From: Octopus sinensis
Taxonomy: Eukaryota
Reading direction: 5' to 3'
DNA length: 64,000 nucleotides
Assembly (NCBI RefSeq): GCF_006345805.1
Contig: NC_043003.1
Location: forward strand, 96,100,001-96,164,000
Shown here: positions 49,425-61,920 of the stretch, piece by piece
Layout of the letters: each line of letters starts with the position of its first letter
How positions within the stretch are numbered: position 1 is the first letter of the stretch
The notes under the pieces: generated by a model
Databases searched by the model: none
What the model was told of the DNA's origin: nothing
What the model saw: only the letters and a program-made list of their open reading frames with translations
Translations under genes and position numbers: made by a program

Positions 49425-49484
49425 GTATATATATAATATATGTATATATATATATGTATGTATGTATGTACATATGTATGTATG

Positions 49485-49517
<33 letters not shown>

Positions 49518-49587
49518 GTACATATGTATGTATGTATATATATATATATAATATATATATATATATGTATGTATGTACATATGTATG

Positions 49588-49637
<50 letters not shown>

Positions 49638-49703
49638 GTATGTATGTATGTACATATGTATGTATGTATAATATATATGTATATATGTATGTACATATGT
49701 ATG

Positions 49704-49746
<43 letters not shown>

Positions 49747-49810
49747 GTACATATGTATGTATGTATATATATTATATATATATATGTATGTATGTATGTA
49801 CATATGTATG

Positions 49811-49850
<40 letters not shown>

Positions 49851-49944
49851 ATATGTATGTATGTACTATGTATGTATGTATATATATATTATAATATATA
49901 TTATATATATATATGTATGTATGTATGTACATATGTATGTATAT

Positions 49945-49987
<43 letters not shown>

Positions 49988-50014
49988 TGTATGTATGTAC
50001 ATATGTATGTATAT

Positions 50015-50063
<49 letters not shown>

Positions 50064-50232
50064 GTACATATGTATGTATATAAAATATATATATATATAT
50101 ATGTATGTATGTATGTACATGTATGTATAAAAATATATATATATATAATTATATATATATATGTATATATGTATGTATATAAAATATATATATATATAAT
50201 ATATGTATGTATGTACATATGTATGTATATAA

Positions 50233-50268
<36 letters not shown>

Positions 50269-50286
50269 CATATGTATGTATATAAA

Positions 50287-50319
<33 letters not shown>

Positions 50320-50336
50320 CATATGTATGTATTAAA

Positions 50337-50367
<31 letters not shown>

Positions 50368-50537
50368 CATATGTATGTATATAAAATATATATATATATA
50401 TATGTATGTATGTACATATGTATGTATATAAAATATATATATATATATATGTATGTATGTATGTACATATGTATGTATATAAAATATATATATTATATAT
50501 GTATGTATGTATGTATGTACATATGTATGTATATAAA

Positions 50538-50569
<32 letters not shown>

Positions 50570-50594
50570 GTATGTACATATGTATGTATATAAA

Positions 50595-50628
<34 letters not shown>

Positions 50629-50649
50629 GTACATATGTATGTATATAAA

Positions 50650-50681
<32 letters not shown>

Positions 50682-50750
50682 GTACATATGTATGTATATA
50701 AAATATATATTTATATATGTGTGTCTATATATCTGTATCACATATATATA
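48900..50750. repeat. ~1.85-kb (TA)n/(TATG)n array with higher-order units
   Basis: Read directly. Recurrent TATGTATGTACATATGTATGTATATAAAA(TA)n from ~49920. Confidence 0.95.
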
Positions 50751-51049
50751 TACATAATGTGATACAGATTTATGAACTACTGACCAATTATATATAAATA
50801 TACATACAATAAGAATAGTAGTATATTTAGCCGGTTGTTTGTTGTGGCCAGTCAAAGAGTGCCCGTTTAGTTTGCACCTATAGAATGCTTAGCTGTGTTG
50901 ACTTGTTGGCCTGAGGCACATAACATCTCTGCAACTTCAGGTAGAAACATGTCTTAATCCGTTAAGGTTGTTCCAAGGTTTCTTTTTTTTTTTTTTACAA
51001 CTTTAACTAACCTAGACATATTCCTTCCTCCAGTTGTAGAGATGTTATG

Positions 51050-51545
51050 TGCCCCACTGCCAATGAATCTCAAGTTGCCTATATTGCTAAGAGTGTTATT
51101 AGGTGCAAAACCAAAGGCTGCTCTCTGACTTTGCCATTACACACAACCTACTTCAAGATTGCTTGGATTCTTCTGATGCACTCTTCTCTTTAGTTCTGTC
51201 CACATTTACTTGATGATATTTAAGTCAAGATTCTGAGCTGGCCAATCTTTCAGTACGGTAACACCTTCATCAGCCAGACACTGTTGTGTTGCACGTGATC
51301 TGTCATGCTGCACGAGCTCTGTCATGCTGAAAAACCTCACCTTCATCGAAGTCTGGTATCAAATTGTCCTTCAGCAACTGGATGCATTTGGCACTTTTCA
51401 AGTTACCATTAATTTTAAACAACTTTTTTGAACCATCGCTTTTTATGTATCCCCAAAGCATCAGACACTTACCCCCAAACTTCACTGTTTTCATCGTGTA
51501 ACGTGAGTTGTCTGGCTTTCCTGGAGGCCTTCTGACAAATTCTTG
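51050..51545 (-). mobile_element. Tc1 (DD34E) transposase fragment
   Basis: TVKFGGKCLMLWGYI...LLKDNLIPDFDEGEVFQHD...KDWPAQNLDLNIIK*MWTELKRRV. Confidence 0.8.
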
Positions 51546-51639
51546 CTTATTAGAATATGCATATGTGTGTGTGTGTGTATATATATATAGTGAGCATTTA
51601 CAAAAAAAAAAAAAACCAACAAACGATGAAGATTGGTGG

Positions 51640-51790
51640 GTAAACAACAAACAGTTGTATTAGTTTAACACTTGGGAAGTGAGAAAGTCTTTTACATTTC
51701 AAGCCTACGCTTTTCGACAGAAAGGAACTCAGAAATAAACAGGAAGAGAAAATAGAAAAAGGTTTAGTGGCTAGCGATCTATCATGGTGT
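51640..51790 (-). mobile_element. pLTR-like fragment with degenerate HHR-like motif (51689-51724)
   Basis: CUUU-CUGUCGA-A-AAGC(GUAG)GCUU-GAAAU-GU-A^AAAG. Confidence 0.4.
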
Positions 51791-52289
51791 GTATAATAGT
51801 TATACACTGAGGGAAAGTCATTAAGTGGTTTAACATCACGCTAGAAATGAGAGTTAAATCACAAACTACAAAAAAATTATTCTTATTTTGGCACATTGAG
51901 TGTAGGCGGGCAGGACAATTTAAGAGAATTCAAAGCTGATTTATCATTCCCGTACTTTGAAGTTTCACCCCTAATAATTAAATATACTAATCAATTAATC
52001 AGACAATCAATGCATTAAACCATCTATGGCTTATCAGTGAGAATCGCTATTGACATATAAATACAAAAACTTGAATACATGCCACATCGAATAAGACACA
52101 CTGTATACTGAGTTTTCATCTTTATATATCGAGGAATTTAATTCAAAATGTCCCACAAACAGTGTACCAAAATCTAGAGTAAAACCAGCTGTGAATTAAC
52201 TGTGAATTCAGCTGTGGATTTACCTGACTCTTAGAATTGAAATATTTAAAAATTTTAAATAAAGGATAAAAATTGAATATTAATTTTTA

Positions 52290-55120
52290 ACAGTGGCCAT
52301 AAAGTTATTGTTCTTTTCTGACCATTGGATAACAACCAGTAGGTCAGACTGAAGGCATGTCTGCTCACCCTCTTCACTGATGACCTTCTGGAGCTTGGAA
52401 TCATCTGCAAAGATTCTTATGTTGCTGTGCTTGATGATGTCAATAATGTCATTAATGTAGATGATAAAAAGAAGTGGGCCCAAAACAATGCTTTGTAGAA
52501 CACTACTACTGACTTAGGCTGGGCTTGATTTTACTCCTTTGACTGCAATGTGTTGGGTTCTGTCTGTCAGGAAACACTTGATCCATTGTAGTAACCTTCC
52601 AGAGACACCAGTGATGGATAGGTTTTACAATAGAATCTTATATCAACCCTGTCAAAGGCCTTGCTAAAATCAAAGTAGATGACATAGGTGTTGGAGCCCT
52701 CTCCCAAAGCTCTCAAAATGTCATCAAAGTGATGCAAGAGCTGTGTTAGGCAGTTCCTTCCATTATGGAACCCAGAGCAACAGACCAACCATGTTGGTCT
52801 GTTGCTTTCAAGAAAGTGGGTTATTCGTGATCTCACCACCCTCTCAAATACCTTGATAATATGAGAGGTGAGATCAGATGGTAGTTCACTGGAAGGGACT
52901 TGTTTTCCTGTTTGAAAACTGGGACAAAAAGTTTTTAGGAATAAAGCCAGCATCCAGTGAGTTCCTCGACAGATTAGTGAGAGAAGATGCAAGTTGGTGG
53001 CGACACACCTTCAGGACACAAGCAGGGAACCTATTGGGGCCTGCTGCTGAATTGTGTTTAATTTTGTTTATAGCCGCTAAGACATCAGGGGTGCCAAATG
53101 TTATGTCCAATATATTGTGTTGGGGGTTGACATCACTGATACAGCCAAGATCAGCCGTATCAGGATAGCTGAAGACAGAGCAGTATTGTTTTTGCAGTAT
53201 TTCACTCATAGTCTTGGCATTATCTTGGAGAGTGCCATTTTCATCAGTTAGGGGGCCAGTAGTGGAGACAGTGACTTTGTGTTTTTTTACAAAGAGAAGA
53301 ACACTTTGTGGTTGAGTTTGATTTTCTCAATGACCCATTTCTCCTCAGCTGTTCTTTGATTGTTGATGATGGTCTTCATATGTTGTTGGTTATATATTTT
53401 TGATTTGAGCAGGGCGATAGCTGTCAAATATATGTGCTGCTGTTGGCAGTATTTTAGTTTGTTAATTTCTTTGTTCGTTTTATTTTTCTGATAATAGTTT
53501 TTCTGTTTTGGGGATTCCACTCTTTGTTTTGTTCACAGGTCTTAGTGGGGTGTGTTTTGCATATATGTTTGTGACAGTGTCTACGAAGATCTGCCAAGGT
53601 GTTTTGATGCTGGAGATGTGTGCATGTGTGAAAGACCAGCCCACATGTGACAGCTCGTTTATGATTGTATCCCTGTTGGCATTATAGAGATCCATGTTAT
53701 CAAATGGGTGGGCTGGAAAGAAGTCACTAGGATTAGCTTTTGGTTGGTGGAATCTCAGGTTGTAGAGAACCATGTCTTGGTCTGAAAAAAGGGTTTTTTC
53801 CACTGTAATATTATGTATAGTCTTAGTGCGGTTACTAGGTCTAAAATATTCTGATATCTTGTTGGTGCAAAGACAAGTTGGGACAAGAAAAACTCATTCA
53901 TAAAGTTGGGAAGTGACACTACTGCTTCTTTGTCAGCAGTTGAGGTGGGAGTGCCTGGTTTCAAACTGTTTGTGGACCAATCAACACAGGGTAAGTTAAA
54001 GTCTCCCATCATTATTATGTTACTAGGATGGCACTGTTGAATAAAGCACCTTATGCTGTTGAGGCACTCTTTAAAGTACAGAATGGGTGTTTGAGGTGGC
54101 CTATAGAGCCAAACTACTATCAGGTTATTGGCTTTGTTGTGCACGGTGACTGATTCACAGTAGCCATTGGAGAATGTCATATTTCCATCTGCAGGAATCA
54201 TGCAGAAAAATGGCAGTTTGACCCTTCCTTCTGTTGACACAATCCGCACAGATAATTGTGAAATTCCACACTTTCACTTTGGCTTCCAAGTGGGAGTTGT
54301 CAAGGTGGGTCTCAGTAAGAATGAAGAAAAGGATGTGGTGTGGATGGTTACCAACCCAATCCTCAATGAATTAGATCTTCCATTTTTGTGCATTGATGGA
54401 AGGGCTGACCCCTTGTGGATTGAGTAGAAATGTGGAGGTTAGTGTCATGGCTGGTTTTGACTGTTGCAGGGGGCTATTTTTTTGTGATTGTGTATTAGTG
54501 ACATCAATGTGGGGAGTTGGTGCACTGGGGTAATAGCGTAGGATGGTATTGAGTGATGGCTAAAAGGATTTTTTGGTGTCTCTTTTGTCAAGTTCAGCAT
54601 GGCTAAAAAAGAATTTTCCTGTTTAGGGAGCAGTTTTTGACTGGATGTGTTGTTGCACTGTTGGATAAGGTTGTCCTTTCTGCTTTTGTTGTTGTTTTTG
54701 TGTCTTCATGAAAAGACTGGACCAGCATTACGGCAGTAGCGGGTGTTTTTACTGTAGTTTGTATGTTGGCTTGGAGCCCTGTTTCTGTTCGTGTGTCAGG
54801 TCCCTGGAAGATGAGTGAAGGGGCAGTCACACAGCAGACATAGTTTCATGTGCTGGGAACACCAGCAGATTTTGGGATTCTGAGTTATGCGGGTTTTAGT
54901 GTTCAGTTTACTACTTGGTGGTGTCGATGTTGATGTTATTGTGGGATGTTTGCTTTAGCCTTGGCTGGTAGTGTTCGTCTGGATTGTGTGTCAAGTGCAA
55001 GGTAAATGTGTGAAGATGCAGTCATGGCATGTGCAGAGCCTGTGATACAGTGAATAAAGGCATATTTTGGGGTTCCTTGTTTGTGTATGGGGGGAGGGGT
55101 GCATTTATTCTGCTTCATAG
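52290..55120 (-). mobile_element. Decayed CR1-like LINE (ORF1 Cys/His remnant, APE endonuclease, RT to the FADD motif)
   Basis: PKICLYSLYHRLCTCHDCIFTHL; LYRPP...IIMMGDFNLP.VDW...PTRYQNILDLV; AAGPNRFPA; LTSHIIKVFER; IYFDFSKAFDRVD; GPLLFIIYIND...IFADDSKL. Many frameshifts. Confidence 0.9.
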
Positions 55121-55214
55121 ATTTGTTTGGGTTTTTATACTACAGTAGGATTGAAATGGCTACGTGGGGGAAGAAAGTAGTGGTTTATTATTAGTAGTTG
55201 AGTGGTTTATTAGT

Positions 55215-55455
55215 ATTAAGGCGGCGAGCTGGCAGAAACGTTAGCACGTCAGGCGAAATGCTTAGTGGTATTTCATCTGCCGTTACGTTGTGAGTTCAAA
55301 TTCCGTCGAGGTCGACTTTGCCTTTCATCCTTTCGGGGGGCGATAAATTAAGTACCAGTAATGCACTGGGGTCGATGTAATCGATTTAATCTCTTTGTCT
55401 GTCCATGTTTGTCCCCTCTATGTTTAGCCCCTTGTGGGTAATAAAGAAATATATT
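55215..55455 (+). mobile_element. SINE family E
   Basis: TAAGGCGGCGAGCTGGCAGAAACGTTAG...GAGTTCAAATTCC...TAGCCCCTTGTGGGTAATAAAGAAATA. Other copies at ~25490-25680 (+) and ~61690-61920 (-). Confidence 0.8.
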
Positions 55456-55968
55456 AGTAGTTGAGCTGGTGGAAGATGATGGTGACAGTGGTGGTGATGA
55501 TGATGGTGACAAATCATGGTGATTGCTGTGAGAATGGTGAGTGAGAGAGAGAGAGAGAGAGAGAAAGGAAGTGATACTGTTCCTCAGTAAATCAGCTATT
55601 TTGCTGGAATTTAGGAGTGGCTTTTCCTGTTGTTCTGGATTTTGTCTGCTGTTGTTGTTGTTGTACTTGACCAATATTTGAAGAGTAAATATATCAAAGT
55701 TTTTAGAAGTGGCTCTGAATTAGTTTGAAGGAAACCCCAATATCTTTTAGGTTGCTGTGAGTCTGCTTAACAGACTACATGTTCAGTATGTGCACTGTTT
55801 TTTCTGCAATTTCATTCAGGCAGGAAGCATTTATGTTTTCTGTTTGGGAAAGAGAAAACTATGTGCTTACTAAGAGGTCAGTTTCATTATCAGACCAATT
55901 TTGTTTATTGTAAGCCTGTTGGTTAGTCGTCATCATATATATATATGTATATGTGTGTGTGTGTGTAC

Positions 55969-55999
<31 letters not shown>

Positions 56000-56017
56000 T
56001 GTATGTATGTATGTATG

Positions 56018-56056
<39 letters not shown>

Positions 56057-56065
<9 letters not shown>

Positions 56066-56312
56066 CAGAAATGTATAGTATTAAATATCCATCATGGCTG
56101 ATCTTACCAATTGGTATAAGGAATACAATAGAGTGTTAGGTGAGAATGTGAGCAAACTTTATGCTCATCAGAGATATGGAAGTTGTCGAGCAGTTGTCGT
56201 ATTCCTTTCCATAATTGGATTGTTACATAACACTCCATTGTGTTTTTTATGCAAAACTGATTGGTAAGATCACTGTGATGGATATTTAATACTATACATT
56301 TATGATTATATA
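56057..56312 (-). mobile_element. TA-flanked unit with ~52-bp terminal inverted repeat and a decayed HHR core
   Basis: 56057-56110 is approximately the reverse complement of 56260-56312. Minus UCU-CUGAUGA-GCA(UAAAGUU)UGC lacks an intact GAAA. Confidence 0.55.
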
Positions 56313-56389
56313 CTGACTCTACTGACAGACATACAAGCGCACCTTTTCCCTGACTTATGGTCTTTTAGACGACTCACATGTATGTATAT

Positions 56390-56435
<46 letters not shown>

Positions 56436-56440
<5 letters not shown>

Positions 56441-56508
56441 TAATCCAAACAAGAAAACAAAAAGACAACAACGCGAGGATGTGGAACAAATAAAGTATTA
56501 TTGGACGC
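56436..56508 (-). mobile_element. 3'-terminal fragment of family H1
   Basis: Reverse complement of GCGTCCAATAATAC...GGATTAACTTT, between microsatellites. Confidence 0.8.
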
Positions 56509-56628
56509 TATGTATGTATGTAGATATACATGTATGTATATGTTTGTATATATGTATGTATATGTTTGTATATATGTATGTATATATATATATATGTATG
56601 TATATATATATATGTATATATATATATG

Positions 56629-56702
<74 letters not shown>

Positions 56703-56789
56703 GTGTGTGTATATATATGTATATATATATGTGTGTGTATATATATGTATATATATATATATGTGTGTGTGTGTATATATGACTTTTTG

Positions 56790-57085
56790 CATAATGAGAT
56801 AAAATAACCAAGGCTGTATAGATATTAGAGCATTTATAGATTGAAGGTCTTACAGCTGTTTCTAGATATTAATTAATAATATCCCTTCATCAGAGATGGT
56901 GTGAGAGGAAAAATTAAGTCATAGTTATTTTCGATGTGATACAAATAGAGAGTGAGGTGGAGGAAAGAAAATAGATGTAAGATATGTATGGTTATTGAGT
57001 TCATAAATCTGTTTTATAGGCATAATGGTATATATGTGTAGTATTCCAATATCCTTTGAGTAAAATCCAAAAGTCCAACAGAGTT
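56790..57085 (-). mobile_element. (TA)n-flanked solo pLTR / retrozyme-like unit
   Basis: ~300 bp of unique sequence between TA arrays, containing an HHR. Confidence 0.65.
56848..56896 (-). ncRNA. Type I hammerhead ribozyme
   Basis: UCU-CUGAUGA-AGG-GAUAUUA(UUAAU)UAAUAUC-UA-GAAAC-AGCUGU-A^AGA. Confidence 0.75.
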
Positions 57086-57114
57086 TAATATATATATATA
57101 TATTTATATATATA

Positions 57115-58170
57115 CACTGAAAGTTTTATCATTTAAAAACATGTTTAAATGCTTTAAAAAATGGTAGTCAGTGGGTGAAAAATCAGGAGGATATGGTTAA
57201 AGTCTTATATCTCAAGTCTGTGAGTTTCTGCAGCATCATTTTTGCAATATGTGTCTTTGCGTTATTGTGGAGCAGAATTGGGCCATGCCGATTCACCAAT
57301 GCAGGTTTCATTTTTTGCAATTGAGCATGCATTTCAGCGAGTTGATTGCTGTAAACCTCTGCTGTAATGCCTGATTGGCTTCCAGAAAGCTGTAATGGAC
57401 AACACCAGTTAGTCACCAGACCACCAGATAGTCACCATAATCTTTTGCTGATGCAACTCTGGATTTGGGAAATGTTTGGGGGACTCATCACGATCAAGTC
57501 ATTGACCTGATAATTTACGGTTATCATAAAGGACCCACTTTTCATCACAAGTGACTATTCGGTCAAGAAAAGGACCATTGGTGTTTCACAGAAAGAGCAT
57601 TGAGCACACTTCAAAATGCCAAGCATTTTGATTTTCATTGAGCTCATGCAGTACCCATTTATCGAGCTTTTTCACCTTCTGCAGATTGCGTGAGACTATT
57701 GCAATACTGACACCAAGTGCCTGAGACAGTTCTCTGTCACTTTGATGTGAGTTTTGTTCAACAGTTGCTTTCAGTTGTTCATTGTCAAGACCAGATGACC
57801 ATCCTCTACTTTCTTCATCTTCAAGGCTCTCATCACCACTACGGAATTTCTGAAATCACCTTTGTACTATGTGATCATTTGTGGACTCCTCTCCCGATGC
57901 TCTGTTGATATTGGCAGTAGTTTGGGAGGCATTGTGCCCAAGCTTGAACAAAAAAGGAAAGTAAGTGAAGGTCCTTTTTTGGTCATGTTCATAATTAAGG
58001 GCACTTATGCTTCAAAAATGTTTTCTGTCAGAAATACGTAGAAAATTATTAAAGAGCATGCATCAATTATTAAATATGTCAAAATTCTCCTAAAATATAA
58101 TTAAAATACTATGCTAAAATTGCGTTTCAAAGCACAAAATTAGAGCGACCGTTATTTTCAGAACAACCTA
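57115..58170 (-). mobile_element. Decayed mariner (DD34D) element
   Basis: KWVLHELNENQ...FLDRIVTCDEKWVLYDN...KIMVTIWW...GPILLHNNAKTH. TIR-like end ...TTTTCAGAACAACCTAA-TA. Confidence 0.85.
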
Positions 58171-58350
58171 ATATATATGTATATATGCATATATGCATAT
58201 ATATGTGTATGTGTATGTGAGTGTGTATACATATGTATATATATATATATATGTGTGTGTGTATACATATGTATATAGATACATATATATATGCATATAT
58301 ATGTATGTGTGTGTGTATATATGTATATATATGTGTATATATAATATATG

Positions 58351-58399
<49 letters not shown>

Positions 58400-58400
58400 T

Positions 58401-58441
<41 letters not shown>

Positions 58442-58442
58442 A

Positions 58443-59675
58443 CAGGGGTTGTATAAAATATTAGAAACACCTAGCATCATAGTATCATAATTTTGAAATA
58501 TCTATAAAACTGTCAAAGCTTGTTTATTTTTAAGGTTTTTTGATTTATTATTAGTGTTGCTTAATACGTTTTGCTAAAATTGCTGTTTCTTTTCAAATAT
58601 CATCAGAAAAAGGTAATTAAAATTCATTAAAATGACAGATCTATTGGCCTTTCAAAGAGGTCAAATTGTTGGTGCTCATATGGCAGGTGCTAGTGTAACA
58701 AAAACACCCGAAATGTTTGGTGTATGACAGCCTTTGAGAAACAGGGAAAAACCTCCTCATTGAAACAAAACTCTGGAAGAAAACCAAAACTTTCAGATAG
58801 GGACCGTCAGACTCTTATGCAAAATGTTAGAAAAGATCACAAAAGTACAGCTCCCAAAATTACTGCAGAGTTTAATGACTACCTTGAGAACCAAGTTTCT
58901 AGAAAAACTGTTCACTGGGAGCTGCACAAAGCTGGATTTCATGGGAGGGCTGCAATCAGAAAACCACGACTTTCAAAAACAAATGTTGCAAAACATTTAG
59001 AGTGGAGTAAAAATCTACAGAATTGGTCCTTAAAACAGTGGAAGAATGTTATTTACTTGGGCTAGTCATCCTTTACCTTATTTCCAACCACCAGCTGAGT
59101 ATAAGTTTGTGAAAGCCAAAAGAAGTATTTGACCCAGACTGCCTTCTTCCAACTGTTAAACATGGAGGAGGATCTATGATGATCTGGGGTGGGGCTATAT
59201 CTTGGAAATCCACTGGCCCAATGGTTTCCCTTCATGGCAGAATTAATAGTCAAGACTATTTAAGCATTTTATCTGATCAAATTCATGCTATGGTTGCGGA
59301 ACTGTTTCCAGAGAGAAACACAATCTTTCAGGATGATAATGCACCAATTCACACAGCTAAAGTTGTTACTGAACGATATGAGGAACATTCTAGTGAAGTT
59401 GAACATCTTATCTGGCCACCACAGTCCCCAGGTTTCAATATCATGGAACATTTATGGCCCATTTTAGAAAAACAAGTAAGGAGTTGGTATCCTCCACCAT
59501 CATCACTACAAGAACTAGAGACTGTTTTAGCTGAAGATTGGACAAAAATTCCTTTGGAAACAATTCAACTTTTGTACAAGTCCATACCTCATTGAATTCA
59601 AGCTGTAATTACTGCCAAATGCGATCCTAATTTATTTGAAATTTTAAGGTGTTTCCATTATTTTGTCCAACCCTG
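58443..59675 (+). mobile_element. Near full-length Tc1 (DD34E) transposon with disrupted transposase
   Basis: TA-CAGGGGTTGTATAAAATATTAGAAACACC / GGTGTTTCCATTATTTTGTCCAACCCTG. MTDLLAFQRGQIVG...SGRKPKLSDRD...KHGGGSMMIWG...FQDDNAPIHT...WPPQSPGFNIMEHLW. Confidence 0.92.
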
Positions 59676-59689
59676 AATATATATATAAA

Positions 59690-59721
<32 letters not shown>

Positions 59722-60014
59722 ATTAAAATTAATCAAAGGACATACTAAGTATGTCTACCTGCTGGAAATAACAGTCAAACCTCTTATTTAAAAGTTATTT
59801 GTTTGTGAATTATTTTTCTCAAGAATTATTTGCTTTGTATTGAAATATATGTGTGTGTGTGTGTATGTGTGTGTAAATATAGATGTGTCTGGTTTTCTTT
59901 ATCAAAAATACTGTGAAGTGAATTACAGATTAGACTGTTCATTGTGATTGAGCCCTAGTTAGTTTAATAACTAAAAGCTACTCCTGTTTCTGTGGAGAGA
60001 TAGGGAGTATACAT

Positions 60015-60052
60015 TCTTTGATGAAGGTCTAAGAAGACTAGAAAGAGTCAGA
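60015..60052 (+). ncRNA. Degenerate type I HHR-like motif
   Basis: UCU-UUGAUGA-A-GGUCU(AAGA)AGACU-A-GAAA-GA-GUC^AGA, with a C3U substitution. Confidence 0.4.
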
Positions 60053-60158
60053 TTTTTATTTTGTCTGTCCACAGAAAAAAAGAACTACTTTCTTTACACT
60101 TATGAATTGTGGTGAAAGTTATGTGTTAACTAAAGATTTATTTTACATTTTTCGTGTC

Positions 60159-60189
<31 letters not shown>

Positions 60190-60192
<3 letters not shown>

Positions 60193-60419
60193 ATTCTTTT
60201 ACTAGTTTCAGTCAGATTGTGGCCTTGCTGGAGCATCGCCTTAAAGGGTTTTTAATCAAAGAAATCAACTTCAAACTTATTCTTTGTTAGCCTAGTACTT
60301 ATTCTATAGAACTCTTTTGCTGAATTGCTAAGTCACAGGGACGTAAACACACTAACAGCAGTTGACAAGTGATGGTGGGGGGACAAATGCAGACACAAAG
60401 ACACACACACACACATACA

Positions 60420-60459
<40 letters not shown>

Positions 60460-60616
60460 GGGCTTCTTTCAGTTTCCTTCTACTGAATCCACTTACAAGG
60501 CTTTGGTTGGCCTGACACCATAGTAGAAGACACCTGTCCAAGGTTCCACACTGTGAGATTGAACCCAGGACCATGTGGTTGAGAAGCAAGCTTCTTATCA
60601 TGCAGCCATGCTTGCA

Positions 60617-60620
<4 letters not shown>
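60190..60620 (-). mobile_element. SINE family C copy
   Basis: Homology to 16153-16545. Confidence 0.75.
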
Positions 60621-60664
<44 letters not shown>

Positions 60665-61079
60665 CGTATATCTTTTATCCTTTACTTGTTTCGGTCATTG
60701 AGCTGCAACTATGCTGGGCAGTGGGGCACCTTGCGGGTTTTAGTTGAACAAATTGACTCTATAGCATTAAACACTAGAAATTAAAAATAAGGTATATATG
60801 TTGAAACATAAACACAAGCATACAATACATATTCTCTGAATATAATAACTTGTTTCTAGAGGCCATACATACATACAAATAGATGGTAGTGAGAGGAAAC
60901 CGATTTTTAAAAGCAGTAATACTGTAAAATATTGTGAACAGCTGAAATGTGTGTATGATTCAGATACATTCTTTCTACAAGTAATCTTTTGATTAGAGTC
61001 CTGTATTCTCAGAGATTAACTATAGAAATACAAATTTAAATGTTTGTGTGTGTGCATGTGTGTGTGTGTGTGTGTGCGT

Positions 61080-61134
<55 letters not shown>

Positions 61135-61422
61135 AGAGAGGAAGAGAGATGGAGAGAAAAAAGGGGGGAAGAGAGAGTCTGTGTGTGTTTGTGTGAGTAT
61201 AAGTGGGGTTGTGCATGCATGGAGTGGATGGGCAAATATAACAGTTTGTCTGAATATATAGATGTTTGTATGTGTATATGTAGGTCCTTGTATATGTTTG
61301 TATGTATGTATGTATGTATGTATGTGTGTGTGTGTGTTTGTAAGAGAGTAATGGAAAGTTTGGGTGTTTATGTGGGTTATTTGTGTGGGCATGGAAATTT
61401 TGTGTAGATAGACAGAAATAGA

Positions 61423-61454
<32 letters not shown>

Positions 61455-61689
61455 TTGACAGACAGACAGATTGATCGATAGATAAATATAAATAAATGCA
61501 AAAGGTGCTTTGTGATGAAGCAATTTCAAATATAAGTGTTGTACTGAAATAATAGAAATGGTAAGGAATTCTTTACCTTACCCAGGCACTTAATTAAAGT
61601 GATTGATACTGTTGAGTGCTGTGAAAGCATAGTAGGTAGGGTAAGGATGGGCTAGAAAAAGTTTAGGAAGCTGCTCCTTTTTCTCTGTT

Positions 61690-61920
61690 GATATATTTCT
61701 TTAATACCCTCAAAGGGCTAAACATAGAGGGGACAAACAAGGACAGACGAAGGGATTAAGTCGATTACATCGACCCCAGTGCGTAACTGGTACTTTATTT
61801 ATCGACCCCGAAAGGATGAAAGGCAAAGTCGACCTCGGTGGAATTTGAACTCAGAATGTAATGACAGACGAAAAACTGCTAAGCATTTCGCCCGGCGCGC
61901 TAACGTTTCTGCCAGCTCGA
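61690..61920 (-). mobile_element. SINE family E
   Basis: Reverse complement of the 55215-55455 type. Confidence 0.8.

Noticed and set aside
51235-51275. CUGAUGA...GAAAG on the minus strand, resembling an HHR
   Set aside because: It lies in Tc1 coding sequence (ADEGVTVLKDW), lacks a valid NUH site and has a poor stem II, so it is a chance match.
55348-55880. 108-aa minus ORF and upstream sequence as a possible CR1 ORF1 extension or host exon
   Set aside because: It is composed of SINE antisense, (GA)n and trinucleotide repeats, with no recognisable domain.
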